64,000 bases of DNA from Octopus sinensis (GCF_006345805.1 NC_043002.1:50344001-50408000); one strand, 5' to 3'. Shown: positions 36,089-49,560, numbered from the stretch's first letter. A program made the numbers and translations. Notes: generated by a model not told the origin, from the sequence alone.

Positions 36089-36525
36089 AGACCATGTTTT
36101 ATGACATCAGGACGGTATTCAAGAGTAATACAACACTTCGCAAATATCTCCTTCGCGCAAAACCACCAATAGAAGAGGATATGACCAAAGACTGCGTGTA
36201 CTCCATCCCATGCAGCTGTGGTAGGTTATACAAAGTCGAAACATGCCGCCCCCTCAAAATAAGGGTAGACGAACATCGCAAAGCTGTGATACGAGGAGAT
36301 ATTGATAAATCGGGTATAGCTGATCATATATGGAAAAATGGAGACCACCTCCCACTGTGGGATGAAGTGAAAATAATAGACAGAGAACACCACTAGAAAA
36401 TACGAAAACTAAAAGAAGCACCACATATGTTAGGACACAACAACCTCCTAAGCAGACCAAGTGCAGATATGAGTAGCATATGGGAACCGGTATTAAGGAA
36501 GGATAGAAAAATATTAGATTTATAA
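36088..36525 (+). pseudogene. Penelope/Poseidon-type GIY-YIG endonuclease (5'-truncated PLE)
   Basis: [90 protein letters not shown]. One internal TAG at 36394-36396. Confidence 0.88.
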
Positions 36526-36554
36526 GCCCTAAAATTCATTCCATTACTGCCCAC

Positions 36555-36770
36555 GGGCATATGGCGTAGTGGTTAAAAGCGCGGGCTACTAACCCCAAGA
36601 TTCCGAGTTCGATTCTGATTGATAAACAATAATAAAAATACCTTAGGAATGAGAACCCAGGTTCGAAATTTCTCCAAGACACTAGAAGAAGGCTGGAGGG
36701 TATATCAGCCGAAACGTTGTTAACAACAAATAAGATGAGGACAAATATCCGTCAATTGTAAATAATGTAT
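36555..36770 (+). mobile_element. PLE 3' region with tRNA-like head and degenerate hammerhead
   Basis: gggcatatggcgtagtggttaaaagcgcgggctactaacc...gagttcgattc at 36555-36615. ctagaaga-a-ggctg(gagggtatat)cagcc-gaaacgtt at 36679-36721. Confidence 0.65.
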
Positions 36771-36834
36771 ACATTCATATATTAGGGCGATATATATATA
36801 TGTTTAACTCCCACCGACATCAATTTTAACTTTC

Positions 36835-37325
36835 GACCCAGAAGGAGAGAAAACTTTTTATGAGACGACGGACAAAGATTGCAAACCACCTGAACAAATA
36901 CCTCAAAAATAGTGAAAAGTCCTGCATGAAAAGAGTGCTGACGGAGATTGAGAAAAGTCTGCATCAATCCCACGAAAAAGAGATGCAGATAAGGAGGCCT
37001 GGGTAACAGAAAATATTAAGTCGAACCCTAAAACTTTCTGTAACTTTGCCAAAGAAACAGCATCAGTACATCACAAGATTGGCCCCTCTTCCAAAAGGAT
37101 GCCCCCCCCCACAGGAAACCCAATGAGGCTAAGTGAAATACTGAATGAACAATTCCAGAGTATGTTCACTACCCCTTTGGGATACAAGCAAGTGAACAAA
37201 CCAGCGGATTCCTTCGCCACTTCACCTGTAACCAAAGAGACGAAAACTGATTAAATCGATATTAAAGATGTAATACTGGCCATAGTTAAGGTAGAGACAA
37301 ATTTAGCTGCTGTCCCTGATTCTAT
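36835..37325 (+). pseudogene. CR1/L2-like LINE ORF2 fragment (endonuclease-RT linker)
   Basis: NIKSNPKTFCNFAK..KIGP..SEILNEQFQSMFTTP..DVILAI...AAVPD are typical pre-RT motifs. Confidence 0.7.
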
Positions 37326-37773
37326 CGTTCTCTTTTACCGAGGAACTAATTTACCAGGACGTAAACACACCGACATCGATTATCAAGCGGTGGTGAATGA
37401 CAAAAACAAACACAAAGACACACACATACACACATGAGAGAAGCTTCTTTTAGTTTCTGTCTACCAAATTCTTTAACAAGGCTTTAACAAGAACTGAACC
37501 CGGAGCCATGTGGTTGGGAAGCAAACTTCTTACCAGACTTATATATATGTATCAAATATGGAACAGAATCACGATAAAGGAACAAATAGAAGATTCACAC
37601 TCAAGTCAGTTATCGTCCCAAAAAAATCATTACATTTTCTCGCCTTTAACGATTATATTGTTCCTTTTTGGAATATATATATATTGTCTAAATGATTATG
37701 GGTAAGGTCAAAACAATGCGAAGTAAATGGAAGGCAGAAAATGTTTGCTCAAACAGGTATTTTACACTACCCC

Positions 37774-37812
<39 letters not shown>

Positions 37813-38304
37813 TTTCTTTTTCTTTCTTTCTTTCTTTCTTTCTTTCTTTTACTCCTTAACACTTTTCTCTCTTTCACTTATAAAACCTCCCTGCCTCTCT
37901 TTAAACAATAAATATTTCCAAATCATCCATAGAAGCACGCAGACAATTCTTGTAAGTATCTCTGAAAGACATGTCTCAAAGCCAAAACCAGTGACAATAC
38001 TGCTATTGGCATCCAGAAAGCAATCCATCATGTCTGGCATGTGAGTGAATCTCTTAGCTACACAGAACTGTCCATGCTCTGAATCTGTCTCTCATCCATT
38101 CAAAAAGACGCTTCTTATTTATATCACCGCCTTGGCGACTTGTGTTGAAATTCATTCTAAACCCACTCTCTGTCAAATCTAGCATGTTCTAAGACTTAGA
38201 TTTTTCTCTAAACTTTCCACCCCTGTGCATCAATAAGTCGCTTTATCCATATTTTGTCACCTATGGGCACTGCATTAATCGCTTCGTCTAATATTTCGTC
38301 CTAG

Positions 38305-38750
38305 TTAAGGCGGCGAGATGGCAGAATCGTTACAGCGCTAGGAAAAAATGCCCAACGGCATTTTCTCTGACTATACGTTCTGAGTTCAAATTCCGCCGAG
38401 ACCAACTTTACTTTTCATCCTTTCGGAGTCGATAATATGAGTACCAGTATGGTGGCGGGCTGGCAGAAACGTTCGCGCCGGACGAAATGCATAGGAGTAT
38501 TTGGTCTGTTTTTACGTTCTGAGTTCAAATTCCGTCGAGGTCGACTTTGCTTTCATCCTCTCGGGGTCGATAAATTAAGTACCAATTGCGTACAGGGGTC
38601 GATCTAATCGACTGGCACCCTCCCCCAAAATTTCGGGCCTTGTGCCTAGAGTAGAAAAGTATATAAGTACCAGTCGAGCACTGGGTTTGATGTAATCAAC
38701 TTGCCTCCCCCCTCCCCTGAAGTTGCTGGCCTTGTGCCAAAATTTGAAAC
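38305..38750 (+). mobile_element. Two adjacent or nested SINE family B copies
   Basis: Heads at about 38308 and 38455, and tails at about 38620-38660 and 38700-38750. Confidence 0.8.
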
Positions 38751-38889
38751 CTAATTTTTCCTTCTAGAACACCTCTTCTCTGAAGTTTCCTCTTTATGTC
38801 TTTCCATGTATCTGTTTGAACTGAAACTACGATAGATGAATAGAGAATATTTAGAGCTTAAAAACAATTTGCAATTACATTTTTCGTAG

Positions 38890-39043
38890 GAAGGTTGTCT
38901 TGTATGAAGCTTGCTCCTCAACCACATGGTTCGGGTTCAGTCCCACTGCGTGGCATCTTGTGCAAGTGTTTTCTACTATAGGCCCGGGTCGACACAAAGC
39001 CTTCTGAGAGATTATACACGGTAACTGAAAGAAGCCCACCGTA

Positions 39044-39092
<49 letters not shown>

Positions 39093-39320
39093 ATATATGT
39101 GTGTTGTGTGTGTGTGTGCGTTTTCCCCCACTACTTGACAACCAGTGTGGTTTATTTATGTCCTCGTAACTTAGCGCCTCAGCAAAAGAAACCTCTGGAA
39201 TAAGTTCCAGGATAAAAGAAAACAAGTACAAGGATCGATTTTTAAGACTAAAATCTTTCAAGGCGGTGCCCTTGGATGGCTGCTGTCCAATGACTGACAC
39301 AAGTAAAAGATAAAAAAAAA
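38890..39320 (+). mobile_element. SINE family A, diverged full copy
   Basis: Head gaagcttgctcctcaaccacatggttcgggttcagtccc and tail gactgacacaagtaaaagat. Confidence 0.8.
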
Positions 39321-39866
39321 AAAGAAATTCTCGAAACCATCTTTAGACAACAGTTTTTTTCCACGAAAATTAAAATACAAACAACCACTCACACACTAAA
39401 AATTCCCTTCGATAACACTAAAAACGATATGAAAACATAAAACAGGAAGCATTAAAGAATCAATAGCTGTTTGGGTACAGCTGCTTTTGCTATCAAACAA
39501 CACCTAAAGAATATCTTCTGCGTGTGTGGTAATGAAATTACCCAACTTAAGCCACATATGTGGTTAACAGATATGTCTCATATGAAAATTTTAACGTTTT
39601 CACGGTAATAAAGTGGTACGTCGTGCGAGAGATCAGTGTTCGATTTGTATGGAAGCTGATATCTATCTATTATTTGCCTCAGTCATCGGAATTTGGTCAT
39701 GCTGGGGCATTGCCTGAAAGAGTTTAGTTGAACAAAATCGATCTCAGTACTTATTTTTGCAAGTTTTTTTAATTTATTTTTGCTGAGGTGCTAAGTTACA
39801 AGAACATAAGCAAACAGACACCGGTTGTCAAGTGATAATGGGGACAAGCACAAACAGAAAGACACA

Positions 39867-40290
39867 TAGGCGTAGGAGTGGCTGTGTGGTAAGTAGCTTG
39901 CTTACCAACCACATGGTTCCGGGTTCAGTCCCACTGCGTGGCATCTTGGGCAAGTGTCTTCTACTATAGCCTCGGGCCGAATAAAGCCTCGTGAGTGGAT
40001 TTGGTAGACAGAAACTGAAAGATGCTCGTCGTATATATGTATATATATATATATATATGTGTGTGCCTATGTGTTTGTGTGTTTGTGTTTGTCCCCCTAG
40101 CATTGCTTGACAACCGATGCTGGTGTGTTTATGTCCCCGCCGTAACTTAGCGGTTCGGCAAAAGAGACCGATAGAATAAGTAGTGAGCTTACAAAGAATA
40201 AGTCCCGGGGTCGAGTTGCTCGATTAAAGGCGGTGCTCCAGCATGGCCGCAGTCAAATGACTGAAACAAGTAAAAAGTAAAAGAGTAAGA
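39867..40290 (+). mobile_element. SINE family A, young full-length copy
   Basis: gtaggagtggctgtgtggtaagtagc..ggttcagtccc head, (TA)/(TG) middle, and gactgaaacaagtaaaaagtaaaagagtaagagt tail. Confidence 0.9.
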
Positions 40291-40666
40291 GTAATACACG
40301 TTTTCTTTCTCTCTCTCTCTCTATCTATTTATCTATCTACATATATTTATCTCCTGATATATTAATAAGCGTAGTGTTTTTATATATTTGTATATATGTA
40401 TATTTCTCCAGAATCACGCCGAACGCGGAGGAGGAGAGAAAATAGTAATTCAGTGAAGGAGAAGTAGTGAGAGTAATATCCCTTACTGAGAGGGAGGGAA
40501 GGAAAGTATGAGCAATGAGAGAAAGGAAGGGGTGAAAAAATCAGTTTCGACTCTGTGTGAGTATATGTGTGTATGTTCGTGTACAGGGGAGTATGTGAGT
40601 GTTTGTATGTGTGATTATTATGCACCTTATTTTGTACCTTATTTATATATAAAATACTACAATTAA

Positions 40667-40697
40667 CCGTCATTGTTGACGGCACGTGGTCAGCTAG
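40667..40697 (+). mobile_element. Probable Helitron 3' terminus
   Basis: Hairpin CCGTCA-TTGT-TGACGG, 11 nt, then CTAG|T. Confidence 0.5.
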
Positions 40698-40828
40698 TAT
40701 ATAAATATTAAGGGTAGCTAATTTGCAATTTTACAACCTGGCTTTAGGCTGTAAAATAGCGAATTAGCCACCCATATTTATAATTCTCATTTTACCGTTT
40801 ATGAAATCAGCATATTATTTCAACGGAG

Positions 40829-40988
40829 ATCTTATAAGCTGACAAGGCGAGATGAGTTTAATCCTAGGTGCGGTGAGACCTACCGATGAGCATTAAGAAG
40901 TGTCAGGCATCAGAATGCCAGATCATCGGTGATCTAGCTCTAGCTCCAACCGTAAGGGAACTTGTCTCCTTTGTCAGCTCATTAAGAT
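40829..40988. repeat. About 160-bp imperfect foldback (MITE-like or structured RNA)
   Basis: atcttataagctgacaaggcgagatgagtt pairs with aacttgtctcctttgtcagctcattaagat. Inner accgatga/tcatcggt and gcatt/aatgc pairs. Confidence 0.65.
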
Positions 40989-41074
40989 AGTGCTTTTTTG
41001 TAGCAATTGATTTGTTTTTACTTTTATTTCTAGCAATACGGGTGCTGATTAGTGCCCTTGTTCACTTTAGTGAC

Positions 41075-41110
<36 letters not shown>

Positions 41111-41470
41111 TAAGAGTAGGGACATAATATCCAGGCAGATACCGAATTTCTCTATGTACAATGCCAAGACTGGTTCCTTCAGATGGTAAGTTTTATGGTA
41201 AAATTTCTTTTAACTTCCATCCGATGGCTACTTAGAGTGTAAAGTACAACATTGATAATATGGAGAATAAACTGCATGTTTATTCATAATAATTGTCCGA
41301 CACGTGTTTCGACCGCACTGATTGCATATTGTTGCATATTTATATGCGGTGATTTATGCATTATTAGTACGATCTCTTCAGGTATGAAGAGGAATTTTCC
41401 TCCGTCATTGGTTTGAATTAGGCTTGGTAGTAGTAGTAGTAAACCATGACATTCATCTATGAGCTGTTTT

Positions 41471-41544
41471 TCATAACTGATCGTTTGGGTAAAATTCAGC
41501 AGCAGCAGCAACACCGGCAGCAAGAGCAGTAGCAGCAGCAGTAT
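41471..41544 (-). CDS. Candidate terminal coding exon (unidentified protein)
   Basis: Acceptor aatttcaacag| then (D)TAAATALAAGVAAAAEFYPNDQL*, with AATAAA at 41279-41284. An alternative frame is also open. Unverified. Confidence 0.3.
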
Positions 41545-42204
41545 CTGTTGAAATTGACAAATTTCCTTGGTTAGTTGGGTAGTACATATACTAAACTGTA
41601 CTAATATAGGAAAGATCTGTGCATGTATGATCCTGGCAAATTCATGAAACGTTCTGTATCTTAACGAGCCATATCATAAATGTTTCAAAAGGCATTTTCC
41701 AAGGCGATATCCTGTTTGTATTTCTATATATTTTGACACGAAATCTACTGATGTCACTTTTAGAGAAAGCCAGTGTGTATAAACTAGGGACTACAGCAAA
41801 TCCGAATATACCTCATACTTCTTTGTTAATAATCTTGAAGTCGTGATACTAACGTCAATATCAACAACAAGTGTAGCCGTTTTACCGTTCGAAGGTTATG
41901 CTTTTGTAAGCCAACAGATGGCTTACAAAATGTCTGTTTAGCACAAGTGTTAGAGGAGCCATAAACAACATAAATGTGACCAAAAATATCGATTATGTGA
42001 TGTATCTTTAGAGAATATTTCATATTGCGATCAACCGATGATGTTATCAAGATATTTCCTTCCTACGTGGCTTGACGTCATTGCCAAAGTATTACACAAT
42101 ACTATCGTTAGAAAAGATTGCATTGGAGCAAATATATATGAATGTATTATGCTAAACTGTTAAGTCCGACAGATTTTTTCTGTCACCACTTTTTTCTTTC
42201 TGTC

Positions 42205-42345
42205 CATTTTTTCCTCTCCTCTCTTTATGTCGAAGAGCGTAGGCTCGAAATGTAAAAGACTTTTCCATTTTTCTCGAGCGTCAAACTAAGACACCTACAT
42301 GTTGTTCCCTCACCTGTCTTTGTCTTTTGTTTTCTGTGCATTTGA
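42205..42345 (+). mobile_element. Hammerhead-bearing short element (copy 3, diverged)
   Basis: gtcgaagagcgtaggctcgaaatgtaaaagacttttcc...cacctgtctttgtc followed by (TA)n. Confidence 0.7.
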
Positions 42346-42397
42346 ACCATATATGTATATGTAGGTATGTATATATATATATGTATATATATATATG

Positions 42398-42477
<80 letters not shown>

Positions 42478-42788
42478 ATGCATATATACATATGCACACA
42501 CAATGTACACATACGCTCGATCGCACATAACGCGCACGTACACACACACACACACACACCCATAATATGTACACACTCATACATATATTTATGCACACAC
42601 AGTTGCATATGCATATAAAGCTAATAATCTAAGAGGGGGCGGAAAACGCGCTTTTCTTGGGAGTGGCGCATTAGTATTAATCCAGTCAGACTTATGATTG
42701 AGTCTTGAAGCTGAACAGAAAAAAATCATGTAAGACACTTCAAAAATTTAACGCATAACTTTTTAGAATTATTATTACTTAAATCCAA

Positions 42789-43190
42789 GGCGGTGAGCTG
42801 GCCGAGTCGTTAGCACACTAAGCGAAATGCTTAGCAGTATTTCGTCTCTCTTTACGTTCTGAGTTCAAATTCCGTGGAGGTCGACTCTGCTTTTCATCCT
42901 TTCGGGGTCGATTAAATAAGTACCAGTTAGGCACTGGGGTCGATATAATCGATATAATCCGTTTGTCTGTCCTTGTTTATCCCCTCTGTGTTTAGCCTCT
43001 TGTGTGTAGTAAAGAAATAGGTATTTCGTCTGTCTTTACGTTCTGAGTTTAAATTCCGCCGAGGTCGACTTTGCCTTTCATCCTTTCGGGGTCGATAAAT
43101 TAAGTACCAGTTGCGTATTGGGGGGGGGGGGGTCGATATAATCGAATACCCCCAATTTCAGGTCTTGTACCTATAGTAGAAAGGGTTATT
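42789..43190 (+). mobile_element. SINE family B dimer (head-body-tailA-body-tailB)
   Basis: Junction aaagaaata|ggtatttcgtc at about 43020; the second unit lacks the tRNA head. Confidence 0.85.
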
Positions 43191-44180
43191 ATTATTTAAA
43201 TCCAAGACAGTGGATTGGTAGAATCGATAGAGCATCGAGCAAAATCCTTTGCAGTATTTAATTAACTTCAAATGTCACTGAGGTGGATACAGTAAAGCAC
43301 CAGTCAAATATTTCGGGTCGATGTAATCGACTAAAGATCCTTCTCAGAAATTTGTGACCCTGTGCTATGTTATAAATGGGAATTTTCAGTTTTTCTTTTT
43401 CAAATTTTGGTGCAATTTTGTGGGGAGGTGAGGTTAGTCGATTACAACAACCCCAGCACACAGCTTTATTTTTTTTTTATCCATCCCTCGAAAGGATGAA
43501 GGGTAAAGATGACGTCAGTGGTGTTTAAACACAGAGTGTAAAGCGACAAGAAATTCCACCAAGCATTTTGTCCGAAGAACTTAATTTGGGTTAGACAACT
43601 CGTTGTTTAGTAGACATGATTTATGCAAAATATAGCGAAAGCATAGAAGGAATGTGTTTAGATCATTATAGATCATTATCCCTGCTGAATGCGTTCTGAT
43701 ATTTAGATATATTTCAAGGAGGCGAGCTGGCAGAATCGTTAGTTTACTAGGCAAAACGCATAGTGGCATTTCGTCCATCTTTACATTCTGAGTTCAGAAT
43801 CTGCCGAGGTCTTCATTACTTTCCATCCTTCCGGGGTCGATAAAATAAGTACCAGTTAATTACTGGGGTTAATGTAATCGAACTTAATCCAACCCAACGA
43901 AATTGCTGACCTTGTGCCAAAATTTGAAGCCAATATATGAATTAATTCGGGCTTTTTCTCTCATCATAAACAGAAAAAAAAAAACACAGAACAAACGCAC
44001 TAGAGCGGAACCCTTGTTTAATTGTCATTACTTACAGCTTTAGTAAATACATTTAGAATGCTTATCTTCATTATCAGCTATCAGCAATTTGTATTGGCTT
44101 CTTCTAATTTGTTATTCTACTGCTTCTTTTGTTCTGACAATAAACGTACTATGTTGTGTGTGTGTGTGTGTAACGTACTA

Positions 44181-44232
<52 letters not shown>

Positions 44233-44329
44233 TGCGTGCGTGCCTGCGTGCGTGTGTGTCTATATATATTCGGATAAATCGATAGATAGATAGGTAGATA
44301 GATAAATATGTAGGTACATAGTTAGATAG

Positions 44330-44360
<31 letters not shown>

Positions 44361-44452
44361 GATAGAGATAGAGATAGATAGATAGATAGATAGTAGATAG
44401 ATAGATAGATATATGCTATCTGCAATTCTTTATGTAATTCTCAACCTTCCTC

Positions 44453-44496
<44 letters not shown>

Positions 44497-44518
44497 TCGT
44501 CTATATTTATTCCTGTTC

Positions 44519-44555
<37 letters not shown>

Positions 44556-44941
44556 CTCTCGCTCTCTTAATCTTCTCTCCCTCTTCCCCCACACCCTCTT
44601 GTCTCTATTTCTAACGTTAGCCTCGTTTGCAATTTGTAAAAGAGGCGAGAAATATATGACAAGATGGCAGCAAGTGGTTTTTGATTCATTGGATCTTGAC
44701 CCGAACGCGGTTGAAATCTGAACAACATGTGTCCAGTGGACATGTGTAAAGTGACATTATCCAAACGTCTCTGTGCATGATTCATCGCCGTCCATTACAT
44801 GAAAGACAGAACGATGGAACACAAAGGCAAAAATATTAACTTGCACAACGGCTCACAGCTTCACCTTCGCACGACGTGTCCTAATAAACTCGGATTAAAA
44901 TATATTGCACAAGATCACACTCCCACAAATACATAAACATG

Positions 44942-44973
<32 letters not shown>

Positions 44974-45468
44974 TATTTATGTTCTGGTGTGTTTGTGTTT
45001 GGGTATGTTCCGGGTGTGTGTGTTAGTGTACGTTATTTGCCGCCGCCAACGAACGATGTAATATAGCTTATGTCACGATCATTGTGATATCAATAAGCTA
45101 CGATGAAACACATGTCTATATCGTATCGCCCAACTTTTATCTTCTTTCAAATCGGAACTATCATTGAACATATGTACGTACATATTTATACATATGTGCG
45201 TATGTATGTATTTAAGTGTTTCCATATATGTATCTGCGTCTGTATTTAAGTCTATGTTTGTGTGTGTATATGCAGGAATGGTTGTATGTATGCATGTATG
45301 TATGTGTGTGTGTGTGTGTGTTTATTTGTATCCACAGCTGCGTATGTACCGCATGCATGTATGTAAATATGCTATATGTATGCATGTACGAATGAATCTA
45401 TCCATGTATGCGACTAGTAAAACAGCAGATATTATGCTTCAAGATATACTCATAGGTAAAAGTAATTG

Positions 45469-45503
<35 letters not shown>

Positions 45504-45748
45504 ACACCCGCACTCACAATGTTTCCCGTTAAAATGAATCAAAGCTAAGTACCTACATATGCATATATATACACAAATTTGTGCGCGTGTCTATAAATAC
45601 ATACACACACTAAAACATACGCGCACGCACAGACATACATACACACATATACATACATATATATATATATGAATTATTTATCCATGTGTCATCGAGTCAC
45701 ATAATTTTCAGCATGAACGTACTCTCAGATTTTCTAGATAAGAACTCC

Positions 45749-45830
<82 letters not shown>

Positions 45831-45845
45831 GATCTATCTATCTGT

Positions 45846-45876
<31 letters not shown>

Positions 45877-45970
45877 TTGTCTGTCTGTCTGCCTATCTAA
45901 TAGTATGTCTGTTTGTATGTAACGATTTGTATTATATATATATATATATCTATATATATATATAATATAT

Positions 45971-46148
45971 AATTATAATTTAGGGTATCTAAAAGATACC
46001 ACCATGCTGAAAATAACATCAAAACTTGACTCTAAATCCACATTAAATGTTCATACAGCGCCAACATTTATTTAATGTGGTTTTAGAGTCAAGTTCTGAC
46101 TGCTATTTCCAGCGTGATGATATCTCTTAGATACCCTAAATTATAATT
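45971..46148. mobile_element. MITE with about 80-bp TIRs
   Basis: aattataatttagggtatcta...cttgactctaaatccacattaaat and its reverse complement, with a spacer of about 20 bp. Confidence 0.8.
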
Positions 46149-46231
46149 TTAAATAATTATTACCTTTGAAGATTTTTATTCCCATGCTGGCCACCTGTAT
46201 TTAAATATCGATCTTATCCTTATTTATTTAT

Positions 46232-46262
<31 letters not shown>

Positions 46263-46379
46263 CACACACATAAATGCATGTATGTGTGTGTCTCAGTTTG
46301 TATGTATGTATATTTGCAAATATGACCCATTATTAGTCCAGGCCATGTCTCACGAAATAGTATCATCTGGAAAAGTCTT

Positions 46380-46640
46380 TTGAATCATGTTTAGTTTTGG
46401 TGCACACGAATCGAGTATTGTTTTTTGTTGAAATTTATCCGTGTGTTGATAGTTTGTTCCGTATTTCTTGAAGTAATTTGTCCAGGTAACATTTGAATAT
46501 TATGAAGTATTTTTCTTCGATTTCTTTCGAGATAATGTTGAATAAGAGATGACCAGTGCAACAATGTTATGTGATGTGCGTTTGATATCTATTGTTTTTA
46601 TGGAGGTTTATGGCATGCAGCCTTGCCATGGGAGATTTGT
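46380..46640 (-). pseudogene. CR1/L2-like LINE 3' end fragment
   Basis: GHLLFNIISKEIEEKYFIIFKCYLDKLLQEI resembles the GPxLFNxxPxxI..FKxxLDKFL terminal motif. Confidence 0.55.
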
Positions 46641-46920
46641 GAACTTCATACAAACATAGTTTGGACAATGTTTATGGAATAATTATTGCGGCTTTTTTTA
46701 CAGCAAATTTTATTCAACAAAAACAATAACAATATTTAACAAAAACATCTTTAAATCACGGTCTGACCGTCTGCCAAGCTAATGGGAAGCAGTAATTGAA
46801 GTAGATAGTGAATATGCTCCGGAATAATCATTTCAAGATATATTGTTGCATGTGGTTATTGTCTTTGTTGAAAAAAATTTGTTGAAAAAAAAAAAGCTGC
46901 AATAATTATGTACCAACCCA

Positions 46921-47035
<115 letters not shown>

Positions 47036-47060
47036 CCGACGGGAAGAGTATCAGTTTATA

Positions 47061-47628
47061 TATTGTGAAAAATTATATGGTAATGGACAATATGTCCAAT
47101 TTTCGGCATATTTGGCATTAGAAATATTTTCGTTTGCCATTATTTATAAGTTGTTTATAATTTAACCTTGAAAGGTACTTTTTAATATGCTGGCCATTGA
47201 TAAAATTTTTTTTCGAAAAAAATTTTATCCTACATTAAATATAAATTTTATCCTACATTAAATATAAATTTAAGTGTTCACTTCCGGACTCTTTCACTCT
47301 GTGAGAGCCTCAGTTCAAATCGCACGTGTCTTGAATGGGCTGGAGTATTTCTATTTTGGATGTATTTGGGGTACTTAATTGTGCTCATGACTTAGTGTTT
47401 TGCTTCTTCCATGGGTATGAGTAAGTATGTCATTTATTTCTTTGCCACATTTATCACTGACGAAGGGAGGGTTCTTACGAACTAACCCTGAAATCGGTCC
47501 GATATGGTAATAATGGAATTTTTTAGAAATTTCTGTCGGTTTTTTTTTCGAGTAGCGTGCGTATTGTGAAAAATATATGGTAATGGGCAATATGTCCAAT
47601 TTTCGGCATATTTGGCATTAGAAAAATT
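47061..47628 (+). mobile_element. PLE pseudo-LTR relic with 68-bp direct repeats and near-intact hammerhead (47452-47504)
   Basis: tattgtgaaaa..ggcatatttggcattagaaa at 47061 and 47562. tatca-CTGACGA-aggg..ccct-GAAATCGGTC-cgata. Confidence 0.65.
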
Positions 47629-47829
47629 TATATATATATATATTATAATATATTATATATATATATATGAATGAAAATAGATGTGTATATTTGTGTCTGA
47701 ATTGTTTTCATAAATGCACACATGTAAAAAGGATACATGCATGTATGCCTGCATGTGTATGCACCGGTATCTATATTTCTAAATTTGTAACTAAGAATCT
47801 ATAGCTGTGTGACCGCGCCTGTTTGTATT

Positions 47830-48140
47830 CTTTTATTCTTTTATTCCTTTACCTGTTTCAGTCATGTGACTGCGTCCACGCTGGAGCACCACCGTTTAGT
47901 CGAACAAATCAACTCCAGGACTTATTTTTCTCTAAGCCTGGTACTTATTCTATCGGTCACTTTTGCCGAACCGCTAGCTTATATAGGTTGTCAAGTGGTG
48001 ATGGGAGTGGGGACAGACACAGACACACACACGTATATACGACGGGCTTCTATCAGTTTCCGTCTAACAAATCCACTCACAAGGCTAATGTAGAAGACAC
48101 TTTCCCAAGATGCCGCGTAGTGGGACTGAACCCGGAACCA
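47830..48140 (-). mobile_element. SINE family A, deleted copy
   Basis: Same body motifs as the other family A copies. Confidence 0.8.
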
Positions 48141-48325
48141 TGCGTGCATTGCTTATGCATTTGTTTGTGCGTGCGAATGAGAATCTATGTGAATGCCATT
48201 ACAGGTGTTCTTATAAATGATTTTTGAAGTGAATAGTTCTATTCTCTTGATTAGGAAAAATATTACACACACAAAAAAAAGCATATTCTTGTGATAGCAA
48301 TCTTTCCACTTCGCTGTCGTGTTGC

Positions 48326-48356
<31 letters not shown>

Positions 48357-48685
48357 TTACTTGAATGTTAACACTTCTGTCGTTGTTGCTAGTGTTGTTC
48401 TTGTTGTATTTGTAGTTTCTTCTCGTTTTTACATTTGCAGTTAGAACGGCTTTTTTTTTTTTTTATAATCTCGTTATATGGTTTCTTGTCACAGCAATTG
48501 TTAAAACGACGTGTAGAAATGGATAAATGGATGAATACGTAAATGAATAGAGAAAGAAACAAAAATAAAAAAGATCTTTGTTAAAAATATTTTCAAAGGA
48601 AATATAAAAAAAATTTTAAGAACGACACGTTCGTATCTGTGTGTGCGCGCGCACGTACCTGAATTTGTGCGTACACATATATATA

Positions 48686-48771
<86 letters not shown>

Positions 48772-48804
48772 TAGTATGTATCTATCTATCTATCTATCTA
48801 TCTA

Positions 48805-48838
<34 letters not shown>

Positions 48839-49011
48839 GTGTATATACATATATATATACACGCACACATATGTATATCTATATGTGTATGTATGTGAGT
48901 GCGTGACACAAATATCCATATGCACATATAAATACATGTATATATGTACATATAAATGCATATATGTACATATACATTCATAAGCATGTATGTATTATTA
49001 ATCTATATCTG

Positions 49012-49060
<49 letters not shown>

Positions 49061-49103
49061 GTCTGTCTGTGTGTGTGTGTGTCTGTCTGTCTGCCTGCAT
49101 GCC

Positions 49104-49220
<117 letters not shown>

Positions 49221-49238
49221 GTCTGTCTGTCTGTCTGC

Positions 49239-49298
<60 letters not shown>

Positions 49299-49560
49299 AT
49301 ATATATATATATATATATAGCCATACACACGCACGCACACACCCACACTAATACACACGTACACACACACACACATATAAATACAACGAAAATATATGAA
49401 TATACAAATTATTGATGGAGAAAATACGTAAAACATTTAAGGGAAATATCTTCCTCCTAGGAAAATCTAAAATGATTCTGGTCTAACATCTGGAGCGACG
49501 ATAAGGATTGTAACGGAATGCAATAAGGCTAGACACAGTAAATCGGGAATACAAGATTCG

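Noticed and set aside
35389-36396. 335-aa ORF spanning the gap
   Set aside because: Artefact of Ns and (CTTT)n; only the last roughly 100 aa are real (PLE endonuclease).
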